Positions 24,560-37,716 of a stretch of 64,000 bases of DNA are shown piece by piece. Positions within the stretch are counted from its first letter, which is position 1. Each line of letters starts with the position of its first letter. The notes beneath the pieces are model-generated. The model did not search any database. It worked only from the letters and a program-made list of their open reading frames with translations, and was not told the DNA's origin. The stretch spans positions 620,001 through 684,000 of the forward strand of contig CP142737.1 in NCBI GenBank assembly GCA_036630325.1, in the 5' to 3' direction. The position numbers were made by a program, and so were the translations under genes. The stretch comes from Vairimorpha necatrix (taxonomy: Eukaryota).

Positions 24560-25850
24560 TTCATTACCAAGCAACCTTATCTCTGGTATTATTTCTTCTA
24601 TAATAATTCCATTATTATCTTCACTGCATAATTCCCCTTTATTGAATTTCTTAATGTCTGTTACAACATAGACTTCTGCATCTAAATGTTCAAAAAGAGA
24701 ATGGCTTTGGTAATGACGTTGTTGCCCAAATAAGATCTTATAAGGACTCTACCTTCTATTTTAAATTCTAAGAAATCATTTCTCCGCATACTTCTTTGTA
24801 CCATTCTATCTGCAGAAGTTTATGTTAAATTCTAGCTGCATTATGATAAAAATCAATGAAAAAAAAGGTTTGCGTTATTCAGAGCATATATTTGCTGTAT
24901 TTCTATCTTAGTATTGCAATCTAAAACAACTGATAAACTTTCTTCGGCGCGTTCTTTGTCTTCACATTCTTGTTCGTGATTTTCGCCATTAATCGGATCT
25001 AGAATACCCGTGGTTCTAGACTCGTCCATTATGTCCCTAATGGGTCTTTTAAACATTAAAGAGAATGGTGTTTGTTTCGTAGTAGAGTGTCTTAAATATT
25101 ATATAACCAGGTAACTTCTTCTCTTATCTTGATCCATTGACACAAGATATTTTTAGTCCTATGAGTAATTGCAATTATCTACTTTTCTGTTTGATTCCAT
25201 GATTCTATCTGTCTTTGTATCCATTGACATCTAGCTCTCCCTTTACGTGTCCTATTTCATATTTTTGACATAAATGGAATAGTACTTGATTTATAAATTC
25301 TCTGCCGTTATTGGTAGGGAGTAAAAACAAGAGCCAAACGTCCCAAACGATGTTTTAAAGGCATTCCCTACACTAATACATGTTTTGTCAAGCAGTGGTA
25401 TCGTCCAACAAAACTTGATAAAAAATCGAAACCCTTAATAAACATTTATATCCTTCATTAAGTACGTGATATTGCCTGAGATCAATGAGGTCTGAAAAAT
25501 GTCTTTCCCTTGGATATTTTGCTACAATTGGTCTAATAACTGGTCTAATTTTTTAGATTTCGCCTTGATTGACATATATCACAGCTATATAAAACTCTAT
25601 GGGCATCTTTTTGGGTTAGTCGTAGACTTTTGTTTGCAATAATGGAAACAATCTGTCCCGTTCCGCACGCATATTTAAAACATGGATCAATTTTGAAGCG
25701 TTGCTTGTTGGTGGTAAAGAATCTTTTTGATCTATATAGACCTACTTAAATATCACCGTGAGCTCTGTGATACCATTAATCACACCTTAAAAGAATAAAT
25801 TTTTTTTTGCTTCTTTCATAAAAGTATCCCTTCGTGGTTTTCTACCAACT
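24560..25850 (-). pseudogene. Decayed Ginger2/KRBA2-like integrase
   Basis: Minus-strand fragments PVIRPIVAKYPRERHFSDLIDLRQY, NGREFIN and HSTTKQTPFSLMFKR. Many frameshifts; boundaries are approximate. Confidence 0.6.
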
Positions 25851-27761
25851 TTGTTAGAAGTGTTGTGTATAGCATGTCAATCACTGATATAATAAACATC
25901 ATTTGATATTTACTATAAATTGAATAAATAAATAAACCCATGTTTTTCATTTATTATTCTGATCACAACAGTTTGGCGACAACGGCAAACAAAAAAATCT
26001 TCAGGAACAATAGAAAGATGATCCTGATGCATTATTAGCATACATAAGGGGATGGGCAGTAATTACAAACTGTGGAAAAGAGGGAAAGGGTTACTTCCTT
26101 CGTGATCTTTTAACAGAAGAAGCTGCTATATGAACGGAATCGGTGCCATGAAACTGTCAATTTGAATTCTTGTGTGAGGCATTTTTAAAAAGATTTAAAG
26201 GAAGGTTAAGCAGTGTGGGGCACATAAAAAATCTACCACGATGTCTATACCAGCCGGGTTCGTTTTTATCATACTTGGATCAAATGAGGAGAATTTCAAT
26301 AAAAGCTGGACTTCCGGATAATGTCCTAATTGCATTCGTACTCAATGGATTGCCTGGCGATATTGAAAAAATTTTATTGATGAATACGCCGTCTGAACTT
26401 ACATGGAACTATATCTATAATGCTTGTGAAGGACTCGATTGTAGTAATAGATCGAATACGTAGACGACATTACCTCAAAAGGCCAAAGAAGAAACGATGG
26501 TAATATGTGTCCTGTATAAACGAAACTTTGCTATATTTAAAATAGCTTTTTAAAATGTTGTTGGGAGCATTTTCACTTTATCCCCCCCTTACCAATATAA
26601 ATACAGAATTTTTTATTTTTATCCCTGATTTTCGAAATTCAAAATGGAAAAAACTAGAAGGAGAAAAACTCGTCAAAAAAGTCGCAATAAAAATTCATTA
26701 CAAAAACAAATAAAAAATATTATGTATTTATTTTGTCTCTAAACATCAATATTTTACATTTATAACTCCAAAGCCTTTCTATTTGAATGGAAAATTTTAA
26801 TTTATCAAAAACCTTATTATGGTTTAAAATTTGATTTTTGAAGTTTTATACAAAATTTGAAAGAACAAAGTTTCATAATTATCGTATTTACTATCTATCT
26901 ATTAAAAAATGATTTTAGAAACGCCCTACTTATGTTAAATAACGATGAAATTATGAATTTATACGAAGCAATAAAATGCAAACTACTTCAAAAACCATGT
27001 AGTAAATGTTTTTATCCAGTAAAACTAAGGATAAACAAGAAAAATGCTGTAAGATGCATAAATAAAAAATGCCAAAAGGAAAGAAGTCCTTTTGAAAATT
27101 CAGTTTTTGCTAAAACGCACCTAGACCATATCTTAATGATAAAGATCCTAAACTTATAAATGATAAAAACTCCGCCGATACTTATCGCCAAGTTGTTATA
27201 CATCAATCCATGTGTTGTTACTAGATGCCTTCGTCAATTCAAATGATTCTAGCTTATTTCAAATACATGAAAAAAAACAACAACTCAAGTCGGTGGTCTG
27301 AATATAGTAGTCGAAATCGATGAAAGTAAATTTGGAAAGCGTAAATATAACTAGGTCATAAAGTTGAAGGAGTCTGGATTTTTGGAATGGTTGAAAAGAC
27401 ACTAGAAAGGAAAATAATTTTACTTTCTGTTCCAAATAGATCGAAAGAAATACTTAAAAAGTTAATAATGTTATATATTAATAAGGACCCCACAATGCAC
27501 TCTGACATGTGGAAAGGATACTCTAAAATGGAAGAGTACATCAAAAAACATGCTACTGTAAACCATAGCAAATTTTTCAAAGACCCTATAACTAGGGTAC
27601 ACACTAATACAATAGAAGGGAATTGGGCAGCAATTAATCATCAAACTCCTGTTAGATGTAGGACTAAGAATCTAATTTTGCCATATTTGTTGAGATATAT
27701 GCTTTTAAGAAATTTTAAAGATGATTATTTAACATATTTAATAAATTTAATTTGGAGGTGA

Positions 27762-29013
27762 GGTACCACAGTACCCCCCATTTGAGGGTGTTTACTTTAT
27801 TTTTTCGAACCCCAAAAACGAAGTGCAAAAAAAGGAGGAGCAGGAAGGGGACAAAAATTACTAGGCCTTTATGATAGTAAAAATACATAATAAAATAATA
27901 AAATGACTTAAAATTGAATTTCAAACCAAATTTTGTAACTAAATATATGATATAAAAAAAATTAAGATTTATACAAATTTATTTACTTAATCCTAGTTTT
28001 TATTTAATACCCTTAAAAATGACAGATCTCTATAAGGATGTCGAGAAAATAATGGAAAAAATGATTTTAAGAACATTAGAAGGCAGATTTTGTCCATTAT
28101 GCCTTGGAAATGTACATCGACGTATGGAAATACAAAATCAAATGCGTTGTACCTCAAGAGGATGTCGAAAAGAATATATAATAACGAAAAAGAAGCCTTT
28201 TTTTAATGCTAAATTGTCTTGGTTAAAAATATGCCAGGTTCTATATTTATTGTTTGAAAATACAACATTCAGAATGATAAAAAACCTACTTAATATTCAC
28301 AAAAAAACAATCTATAGAATTATCAGAAAAAGTAGTAAACATATAACTGGCAATAAAAAAATAGGAGGTCCAGGTATAATTGTAGAGATTGATGAATCTA
28401 AATTCGGAAAGAGAAAATACAACAAAGGCCACAAAGTTGACGGTGTGTGGGTAATTGGGATGGTGGAAAGAACAGCCGAAAGAAGTCTAGTGCTTCTAAA
28501 AGTAAAAAACAGAAAAGCCGAAACTCTTGAAAGATTAATAAAAAAATATGTAAGTCCCGGAAGTATTATATTTACCGACTGTTGGAAAGGTTATATAAAT
28601 TTAAATCAATTGGGGTTGTATGAACACTACACTGTTAACCATTCTCTTGGTTTTATAAATCCAGAGAATGGTGTTCATACTAACACGATTGAAGGGACAT
28701 GGGCTGGTGTTAAAAGAGTGATTCCTGCCAGACATCGGACTGAAAAGGATATAAATCGTTATCTTAATTTATTTACTTTTAAAAGAAATAATCCTATAAA
28801 TACGTTCGAAATGTTTATAAAAAAGGCATTTTCTTAATACATCTTATTTTAAAATATAATTCTGTACATAAATATATATTTATTTGTTATTTTTAATGTC
28901 GTAAGTGCTTAGTAATTTTTGTCCCCTTCCTGCTCCTCCTTTTTTTGCACTTCGTTTTTGGGGTTCGAAAAAATAAAGTAAACACCCTCAAATAGGGGGG
29001 GTACTGTGGTATC
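27762..29013 (+). mobile_element. Merlin/ISXO2 transposon with intact transposase, nested in the 26564 element
   Basis: TIRs of about 100 bp (GGTACCACAGTACCCCCC... / ...GGGGTACTGTGGTATC). No TSD recognised. Confidence 0.88.
28019..28837 (+). CDS. ISXO2-like (Merlin/IS1595 family) DDE transposase
   Basis: 272 aa with CPLC...C...C, VEIDESKFG, FTDCWKGY, VNHS and HTNTIEGTW. Confidence 0.93.
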   Translation: MTDLYKDVEKIMEKMILRTLEGRFCPLCLGNVHRRMEIQNQMRCTSRGCRKEYIITKKKPFFNAKLSWLKICQVLYLLFENTTFRMIKNLLNIHKKTIYRIIRKSSKHITGNKKIGGPGIIVEIDESKFGKRKYNKGHKVDGVWVIGMVERTAERSLVLLKVKNRKAETLERLIKKYVSPGSIIFTDCWKGYINLNQLGLYEHYTVNHSLGFINPENGVHTNTIEGTWAGVKRVIPARHRTEKDINRYLNLFTFKRNNPINTFEMFIKKAFS

Positions 29014-29664
29014 TTTCACTCATTTAATTTTTTTAATATTTTTCGAGTTTTTCTCCTTCTCGTTTTTCCATTTTAAATTTCGAAAATCAGGGATAAAAAT
29101 AAAAAATTCTGTATTTATATTGGTAAGGGGGGATAGAGTGAAAATTAGCCTGTTGTTATTATTAATAACTTTATTGATGGTGTTTCTATTCCTCAGATAA
29201 TCCATACCCTTCAAAGACAAACTTCTTTTTATATTTTATTTTTAATTTAATAGTTGTTTAGCAATTTTAATAAAGATTAGTGCTTTCTCATTTGTAAGCA
29301 TGTTTTTACAATATTCTTTTGTTACGTTATTTTATTCCCGATTTGACATGTCATGGATGAAATATTTGACAGATGATAATATTGATACCTGTTATTGTGA
29401 TGTAGTCCATAACATCACATTCTGCCCTTTCCTAAAGCATAAAGTTTCAGAAGGTCTTCATTTATTATTATATATAGCTGCCCATTCATCATATCCTGGT
29501 ATTATATTATATATTAAATTTGGCAACATTTCTTTTGTCTTATTAATAGTATTCTTTATTTTTTCTCCCTTTTTCTTAGTATTTATGTTCTCCAATGTAG
29601 CTCTCATTTCCTTTATTTTTTACAGGTCTCTAGTATTTTTGATTTATCACTGAATTAAACTTTA

Positions 29665-30884
29665 GGCGCTACTTCATTTTCTTGCCCCCCTAAAAAAAAA
29701 TATTAATAAAAAGATACAAAATCGTGTTATTTTTCAAATCTAAACATTTTTTTTGAGGGGGGGGGGGGGGCAAGAAAATGAAGTTAAGGTATTTTTTGTC
29801 GATTTGAGAATTTTTAAATGCCTCCTGCAGATTCCTCATTAAGGGTTAAAAAATTTAAATTTTTTTAACCCCTTAATGAGGAATCTGCAGGAGGCTATTC
29901 GCGAGCTAAATATCTGCGAAGATGCGTGCTTTAGGAACAATGAAGCAGCAATTGATTTTTTTCAGATAATTGTTTTCTAAAAAGATCAATTGCTTGCAGA
30001 CATTGTTCGACATCAGAACGAACTGTTCTTATGAACATTAGTGGATGTTTCGGCTACATTGACGTTAAAGTTTATCGTTGTATTAATAAAAAGTGTAGTT
30101 CGAAGAGCTCACTTAAAAATGGTACGATGTTTAAGGAATAAGCGTTCCATTTCACAAAATTCTTAGAGCATTCTATTGCTGGGTATTTAATTATACTACT
30201 TACCAAGCAATAGATCTGTGCAAAATATGTAAAAATTCATATATTAAAATCAAGGATACAGTGATGGAAATCATTGCTCCTAAAAGCGATGATAGCTACT
30301 AAATTGGAGGAACTTCTGTTCGTGTACAATTTGATAAAACCGCCATATGCAACGGGTTAATTGTATCTAATCCTTCTTCAACTTTGGATTCCATGCCTGG
30401 AATTCAATGGATTATAGGCGGCATAGTAGAAGGTAATTGTAGAGAATTTGTTCTTGAATTGCTATCTAATCGACAATCTAGTACTATAGAAGACTTTTTT
30501 AGACGCAGAGTAAAACCTGGCTCTATTATAATTACTGATGGATACCCTTCATATCCATCAGCCTCTAGAAATTTTGGCAGTGAACATTACATAGTAAATC
30601 ATTCGCTTGGATTTATAAATCCAGAAAGAGACCACACAAATAATATAGAAAATTTGTGGTCCCATTTGAAGAATGAGTATAGATCGAGAAGTGGGCTTAA
30701 AAGGCATAGGATTAATTTGTTGCTAATCGAATTTGCTTGGAAAAAAAGAAATATCAATCATTTTAATAATGATGATCATAGATGTGACTATATAAAAATT
30801 TTAGAACTTTGTAGGTTTGAATAAATAAAATTTCTTCTAAATAATTTTTTTTTTCTGGGGGGAGCAAGAAAATGAAGTAGCGCC
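29665..30884 (+). mobile_element. Merlin/ISXO2 transposon (decayed)
   Basis: TIR GGCGCTACTTCATTTTCTTGC, perfect 8-bp TSD AAACTTTA, and a C-terminal fragment ITDGYPSY...HTNNIENLW (30384..30824). Confidence 0.92.
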
Positions 30885-31624
30885 AAACTTTAAACAAACT
30901 AGTGACACGGTTATGCTTAATTTCTTCTTTGCTGTTCTTGATATTTTCTTTCAGCAAATTGTTCATTTTGATTAATTTTTTGAAACTTACTTGTAATTTT
31001 TTCTGTTTCCCATTTTTAACTACTCTGTTTTTAAGATTTTTTTCGGCATTTTTCGTACCCACTTCTTTAAATTTATCTGTGTTAATTTTATCAGTTTACT
31101 TTTCAACATTTACTGATGTTTCATGTTTAATTTTAGTTTCCTTCAATTTTTTCTTTTTTAACGTTTCTTCTTTTAATAAATCAATGATCTCAATTTTGTC
31201 TGTTGTTTCTTTTTCTTTAACTTCCTTCATCATGTATAGCTTTACTGGGCAATACTTTTTGGTTTTACGATGTTGTGATATTTCCCTTAGCTGTTCGAAG
31301 GTATTATTTTTTAGTATAAAACATTCATTTGAATCGTGTGTATTGTTTTTATGTATACTGCACCATTAAAATTTATATAGATGTCTTTTTCATTTCTGAA
31401 TCTTTCTCGATTCATGTTAATTTGTCCTTGTTTAAGTCCTCGTCTCTTACCTTCTAATATAAGATGTTTTTCTACTGATTCTAGATATGCAACGATATCT
31501 TCAATTTTTTTATTCCCAATTCTAAATTTTCAATCTAGTTAAAAATCCTAACCCTAAAAGAAACTTTCTCTTAGTTTTCTTTCGTATTCCTTTCTGGTTA
31601 AACCTTCAATTCTGCTATATTGGC

Positions 31625-33297
31625 TGTCACGGAACAGCTCTCCAGTGGTCCTACGCCCACCCCGGAGGCCAGAGAATACTAGTATAAAAAAAAGTCTCCT
31701 CTTTATTTTAATCATGTTTTTGGAGGGAAAATGTCCCACATTTTTCCGCCCATAAACATAAAAGGAAATCATCCTCAGGAGGGCATGAAGAAATTTAATA
31801 AACAGCTTAACAGTAAAGATTCTTTGAGGGCTGTTGGGCATACAACAGTTCACAATGGTGGTAACGGTGATGAGGATTGTGACTGCGGCTATAATCAGTT
31901 GGCCTCACTGATGAGAAAATTATGTCTAAGTAATAAATGGATGGAATTCAATGGAGAGAATTTAGATCATGCAGAAACATTTATCAGTCAATTTCGAGAA
32001 ATTGAAGACGTATACTCATAGGAAAAAACTTTAGACATTGCCAAGACGCAACTGAAAGGCAAGGCATTAATATGATTTAAAGCATATGAGGGGGAAGAAA
32101 TCACGGATTATAAGTCGTTCATCCGATACTTTAAAAAAAAATAATGACAGAGAAACTTACAGAAGACACAACCGACATGTTTATGCATCTCTATGTCGAA
32201 TGCCCAAAAGAAAACGATATTCTTAGTTACGCTTATGCCCTGAAGACATGTTCAAAAAGAAACGAAGAGTACTTCTTGAGATCAAAGATAGCAATCGAGA
32301 AAAACTCTCCAGAAACGATAAAGGAGTAAATTGCAGATACAACAGACTGGATGGATTTACTATAACTCTTGAAAACCACGGTAGCTAAATTTATTTTCGA
32401 AGAGATTGTATGTAGACATGTGCCCCAAACGAACTACCATCAGACAGGAGACTTGAGTTCTTAAACATTACAGTCAAAGAAATATGTAGAATCTTCAATA
32501 CACGAAAATCTTTTACTTCGTCTTATCATCCACAATGTAACGGTACAGTAAAAAGAACTAATCAATCTTATGTAGCAAAACTGGCCAAAATTACAAACGG
32601 AAGATGGAAGGAATAAGACGAATACCTAGAGCTGGCTCTATATGCTTATCTAATCTTTCCAAGAAAAAAAAACAGGGCATTGCCCATTTGAATTATTGTA
32701 TGGACGTAAACCGCAGACATGGGAACAGATAATTGAAGAGTTAATACCAATAGAACCCAATTTATTAATATTCGAAAGGCTAAAACAGACCCGAGAAATT
32801 ATGCTTTAAGCAGAAAGAGATATGGGAAGTATGAAAGAACAAACTTTAAAAGGTAGGTGATATAGTATTGACACGTAAACCTTCCATTAATATAAAAAAT
32901 AAATTAGACAGTAAATTTGAAGGTCCATATACTATAACAAAAATTCGGCATGAAAGGCGCGTATGAAATAGTAAGTCCATATATATAGTGGTTTTCTCAG
33001 TTAATCAGAAGGATCTTAAGAAGATAGATGTTGAAATGGGTACATGAGAGCTTCTAAAGGAGAGGGGAGTGTCGCGGGACAGCTCTCCAGTGGTCCTACG
33101 GCTACCCTGGAGGGAAAAGAATACTAGTATATAGGAAGTCTCCTCTTATTTTAATCATGTTTTTGGAGGGGAAATGTACCACATTTTACCGCCCATAAAC
33201 ATAAAAGGAAATCAACCTCGGGAGGGCATGAAGAAATCTAACAAACAGCTTAACAGTAAAGATTCTTATAGGACTGTTGGACAAACAACAGTCCACA
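31625..33297 (+). mobile_element. Internally deleted Gypsy element related to 54540-58548
   Basis: LTRs 31625-31854 and 33070-33297, TSD TTGGC/TTGGT, PBS TGGTGGTAACG. Gag is fused to the integrase core near 32375, so PR-RT-RH is missing. Confidence 0.9.
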
Positions 33298-33871
33298 TTG
33301 GTCGATCAAGTCTTTTAATTCTTTAAATATTCTTTGATATATTTGAACTGTGTCTGCTTACATTCAATTAATTTCAGCTGTGGCATTAATGAACTCACTT
33401 TTATAATCATTTTTTTCTATAAATATTTTATTTTTTTCCATTTCTGATAAGGAAAATATTGGTTGTAATGTTGGGTCTCGTACTAGCTCTCCTAAGGCCA
33501 TTCTTTGTTTTTTGAAATCCCATTTTTTATGTCTGCTTTTCTGGTTAAAATCTTCAAACCAGTGCTCTAATTCAGCAGCATCATACTCCTCAATGTCTGC
33601 TATAATACTTACGTGTTTTTCAACCTCTAGGTCGGATTCTTCAATCGTATATTTAAATTTCAATCCTTCTTTGGCTTTTTTTTTCAGTGTTCCTTTGATA
33701 CAGTTTTCTCTTTGAAAACAAATTTGTCCTGTATAAACGGGACTTTGCTATATTTAAAATAGCTTTCTAAAATGTTGTTAATATTAATAACTTTATTGAT
33801 GGTGTTTCTATTCCTCAGATATTCCATGCCCTTCAAAGACAGACTTCTTTTTATATTTTATTTTTAATTTA

Positions 33872-35395
33872 CCGCGTTTTCGGGGTTAAGAGATCCATTT
33901 CAAATCAAATTTTGCGACTTTTTATTATAAAAATTATACTTGTATAAGAGATCCACCCCAGCCAAATGGTAAAAAAATTATACTAGAAAAAAATGAACCC
34001 TTCATTATAAAAAACATTTAAATTTCTATAAAATCTTCAAATAAATTTCACAGTCTAGACCTTCGTCTTCAATTTCAGCACAATTAAGAACATCTTGAAG
34101 TTTATTGTTTTAATGAAAAATTGAATCTGTTCCACACAATCTAAAAGCCTTAGAAGCCATTTCGGAGTTATTTTTTTTAATGCATCCGCTATTGAATTCA
34201 AAATATATTTCTAGCTCGGTCTACGCGAAAAAACTTTATTTGTATATTCCTTTGGCCCGTTTGCGAGCCATTCCTGCCATTTTCTTTTTAATTCGGCCTT
34301 AAATGAAGAATTTATCAAAACATCCAATGGTTGTAAATAAGACGTAGTTTGGGGTACTAAAACGGTTTCAATGTTATTATTAGCAAAACTTTCCATAACT
34401 TTTTTAAGAATAGTGAGATTTATAGGTGTCAAGAATAAGAAGGTTTTTTCTATTTTCAAATGGCCCATATTTGTTTAAACATGCACGAATCCATAATAAC
34501 ATCAGATTTTGATCCATGTTCCCAGATTCAGATGTAGCTACAAAAAGATTATTTGGCACAAAGCATTTTGGCGGGTTTTTAAGGCCTTTTAAAATGGCCA
34601 TTCCCCTTTAAACAGTACCTTTTGAGGAAATAGTAATAACGACGAAAATTTTAGTCTTCAGATTTCCAGTTGTATATGCCTCAGTGTTTTTTTCGCCGGT
34701 AAATAATAATGTCTGTGATTGCATCATATCAAGGTAAATAGGAGTTTCATTCGTATTATACGCCACTGTTTGGCTGTCCATACAGTTAAATTTATGATTA
34801 AAGGCTTCAAAATAATTCAACACGGTTTCTTTAATCTCCTGGGGCCTTCTGTTGTCTTCCTGTCCAAAAGATGTTATTTTTCTAAATGAAAAATGATTTC
34901 TTCTTTTGAACCCCATCAACCAACTCATACTTGCCTTAAAATCTGTAATGGACAACTTCTCTGCTATTTCAAAGGCCTTATCTCTAATATTATAAGTTGA
35001 GATAATTCGCTTCTTTTCACCTCACTCTACCTTCACCCAATCCACCAACATTTTTTCAAGAGGAGGCCATTTGGCAGAAGTACCGGCACGGATTCTTTTA
35101 GTATTTTTAATGTTGCTTTGGCCATACATTTTAACTTCGGCCTTTTTCCAATCACGAAGCATTTTCCTAGTAATCTCCAACTCTAGAACAGTCATACTTA
35201 AATTCCCATTGTTTTCACGCAATCTTTGTAATCCTGCTAATTTTTCTTTTAGAGTGTACGCTTTCTTTTCATGGGGGTAAATTTAGAAAAAAAATTTAAA
35301 AGAAATTTCAAATGTTTTATATCCTTATAAGATTTACCCATATATGAGATCCATGTTCTCTTATATGGGAGGATCTCTTAACCCGGAAACCTCGG
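33872..35395 (-). mobile_element. pogo/Tigger-like DNA transposon (decayed)
   Basis: TA TSD and TIRs CCGCGTTTTCGGGGTTAAGAGATCC / GGATCTCTTAACCCGGAAACCTCGG. CENP-B HTH (FKASMSWLMGFKRR) and DDE_1 fragments (NETP, LILDTYKSH, YLQPLDV). Confidence 0.92.
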
Positions 35396-35454
35396 TAATA
35401 GTTGTTCTGCAATTTTGATAAAGATTGGTGCTTTCTCATTTACAAGCATGTTTT

Positions 35455-37709
35455 TGTGGTATCCCGGGGAAACCCTCTCGGTTATAAAGTAATATTCTAA
35501 AATACTTTTAATAAATTGTTTTTTATTTGTTACAGTCCCGCTGGACTCTCTAACATGACGCTCTTTGGTCCTCTCATCCATCTCCTTTTATGTACCCTTC
35601 CTTTTCTGAAAATATATTTATAGTAAATTTTATTCATGAAAATTCAATGATAGTTTTGACAGGGAAGGAAATAAAATAAATGTTGAAGACTAACAGTCTA
35701 CAACATCCTGCCCCCTCTCAAAGCTTTAGCTGTTTCCTGTGAAACCATTCTACTAATCCAAGTACTTTGTACCATAATCCATTTTTTCCCTTTTGCACAC
35801 CTTGTATGGTCCTATAAATTTTTTATCAAGTTTGTTTCTTGAAAAATTCTTCACATAAACAATGTCTTCGTTTTTTGGCACCTGGTCATAAATTTTTACC
35901 TTGATCATTTTATTTCTAGATCTCTCTGTATTGGTATTTCCCTTTTTTCTAAAAGGATCATAAAATCTTATATCGGTACTTTTATCTCGATATTTTACTA
36001 CAGTATCGAACTGCTCTTTTAATTTTTTATTAGTAGTTTTAACAGCATTACATTCTCCTACTACTTCCATAATTTTATTATTTTTAATCCAACTACCTTT
36101 TCCAAATGCTTTATTTCTTTCATTCTTTTGTTTATTCCTGATATATTTAATATTAATATCTTTAGTTTTCGCTGTATAATTTTTTACTTTTATCTTATCT
36201 TCTTTTTCGATTTTTTTATCTTCCACTATGCAAATTCTTTCAATCATTGCCTTGTCTAATGTCTTTTCTTCTATTTCTTTGTATTCAATAAATTTAATCA
36301 ATTCATTATCACACATTACCACTTTATTTTTGTAGTCTAGAATACAATTATTACCAAATAAAAAATCTCCACCAAAGATTACATCATGCATACATTTATC
36401 AAAAATATATGGCTTAATAATGTAATCTCTATCTACACCTTCAAATTTAAATTCAGTTGATCTATTAGTAGCCATCACCTCGCCATTTGCTATAACTGTT
36501 TTAATTAACTTATTCTTTTTTGACTTTAAATTTAATTTATGGACTAGTTCTTTAGATATGAAGCTTCTGCTAGCTCCACTATCAAGTAATATTTTTATTT
36601 TTAAGCCATTTATTATGGCTCTTACCCTCGTTCCACTGATGGGATCTTTCACTTCTTCCATAATATTCATTTCATCACTTCTTGTTTGGCGGTTATCATA
36701 ATGCGCCTTTTTATCTTTATTTAGAAAACAATCAACTGAGTTGTGCCCATTGTGCTTACAATATCTGCACCATTTCTTTTGTACAGGGAAATTATTGTAA
36801 CTAAAATTATTAGTAGCTGTTTCGTGGTTTCTCATATCCATGTTGTTGTTTCTTAACTTTAAAATTTCTTCCTCCATCGTCTTTAACTTCTTCATCTATG
36901 CATCCATTTATGCATCAAGACTTTCAATTAGTATTCTCTTCGTTTTGCTTCCTAAACCCTTCTTGAAGCATTCCCATAGCTTCCTGTTGTATTCTTCTCT
37001 GCTTATCTTATGGGCAATACTATAATATTTTATATAACTATTGATGTATTCATAATACTCACTTATCGACTCAAAATTTTCTTGTCTTGCACTGGATAAT
37101 TTATCAATCCATTCTTCCGCTCTATCAATACTATAAACTCTACTTAGAATTCTTTCAGTAATTTTACTTAATTCTCCTTTAAATACTTTATCATCAATTG
37201 ACTTATCATTTATTAAATCTCTTAAGATGAGCTCATACTGCTCACTGTTCCATTTATTTCTTAAACTTATTTTTTCGAATGTTTCTAGCCATTCACACAT
37301 ATCAAAACTATAAATATCCTCTATGATATTTAACTCGGTCTCGATCTTCATATCCGTTCCTATAACGGTGTAACTTAATTTCACTTTCTTCTTGTTAACC
37401 TCACTATGGTTAATCTTTTTGTAGCTCGTGCTCAAAATTCTCGCACTTGAATTCAAGCTGTGGTATCCCGGGGAAACCCTCCCGGTTATAAAGTAATATT
37501 CTAAAATACTTTTAATAAATTGTTTTTTATTTGTTACAGTCCCTCTGGACTCTCTAACATGACGCTCTTTGGTCCTCTCATCCATCTTCTTTTATGTACC
37601 ATTCCTTTTCTGAAAACATATTTATAGTAAATTTTATTCATGAAAATTCAATGATAGTTTTGACAGGGAAGGAAATAAAATAAATGATGAAGACTAACAG
37701 TCTACAACA
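35455..37709 (-). mobile_element. Non-autonomous Gypsy element (gag-protease, no RT/RH/IN core), palindromic-PBS clade
   Basis: 251-bp LTRs 35455-35705 and 37459-37709. TSD GTTTT/GTGTT. PPT GAGAGGGGGCAGGA. ORFs 36908..37585 and 35753..36895 (WCRYCKHNGHNSVDC, LLDSGA, integrase C-terminal tail). Confidence 0.93.
37446..37457. promoter_or_regulatory. 12-bp palindrome CTTGAATTCAAG at the PBS position
   Basis: 1 nt from the 5' LTR end (37459). Confidence 0.8.
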
Positions 37710-37716
37710 GTGTTTA

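Larger units (their letters stand above)
26564..29150 (+). mobile_element. Merlin/ISXO2 transposon (decayed) with ~100-bp TIRs
   Basis: GG...CC termini and 8-bp TSD TGTTGTTG/TGTTGTTA. Transposase fragments VEIDESKFGKRKY, HSDMWKGY and HTNTIEGNW (about 26900-27761). Confidence 0.88.

Noticed and set aside
28019-28837. Bacterial IS1595-family insertion sequences or bacterial contamination
   Set aside because: The elements are interleaved with LTR retrotransposons, a SINE, pogo and MULEs, which fits eukaryotic Merlin elements.
29005-29013. TGTGGTATC at a Merlin TIR end matching the LTR terminal motif; TGTGGTAT as a shared target site
   Set aside because: TSD analysis shows TGTGGTAT belongs to the LTR termini, not to targets. 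The single match in the Merlin TIR is mirrored in its other TIR and is probably coincidence.
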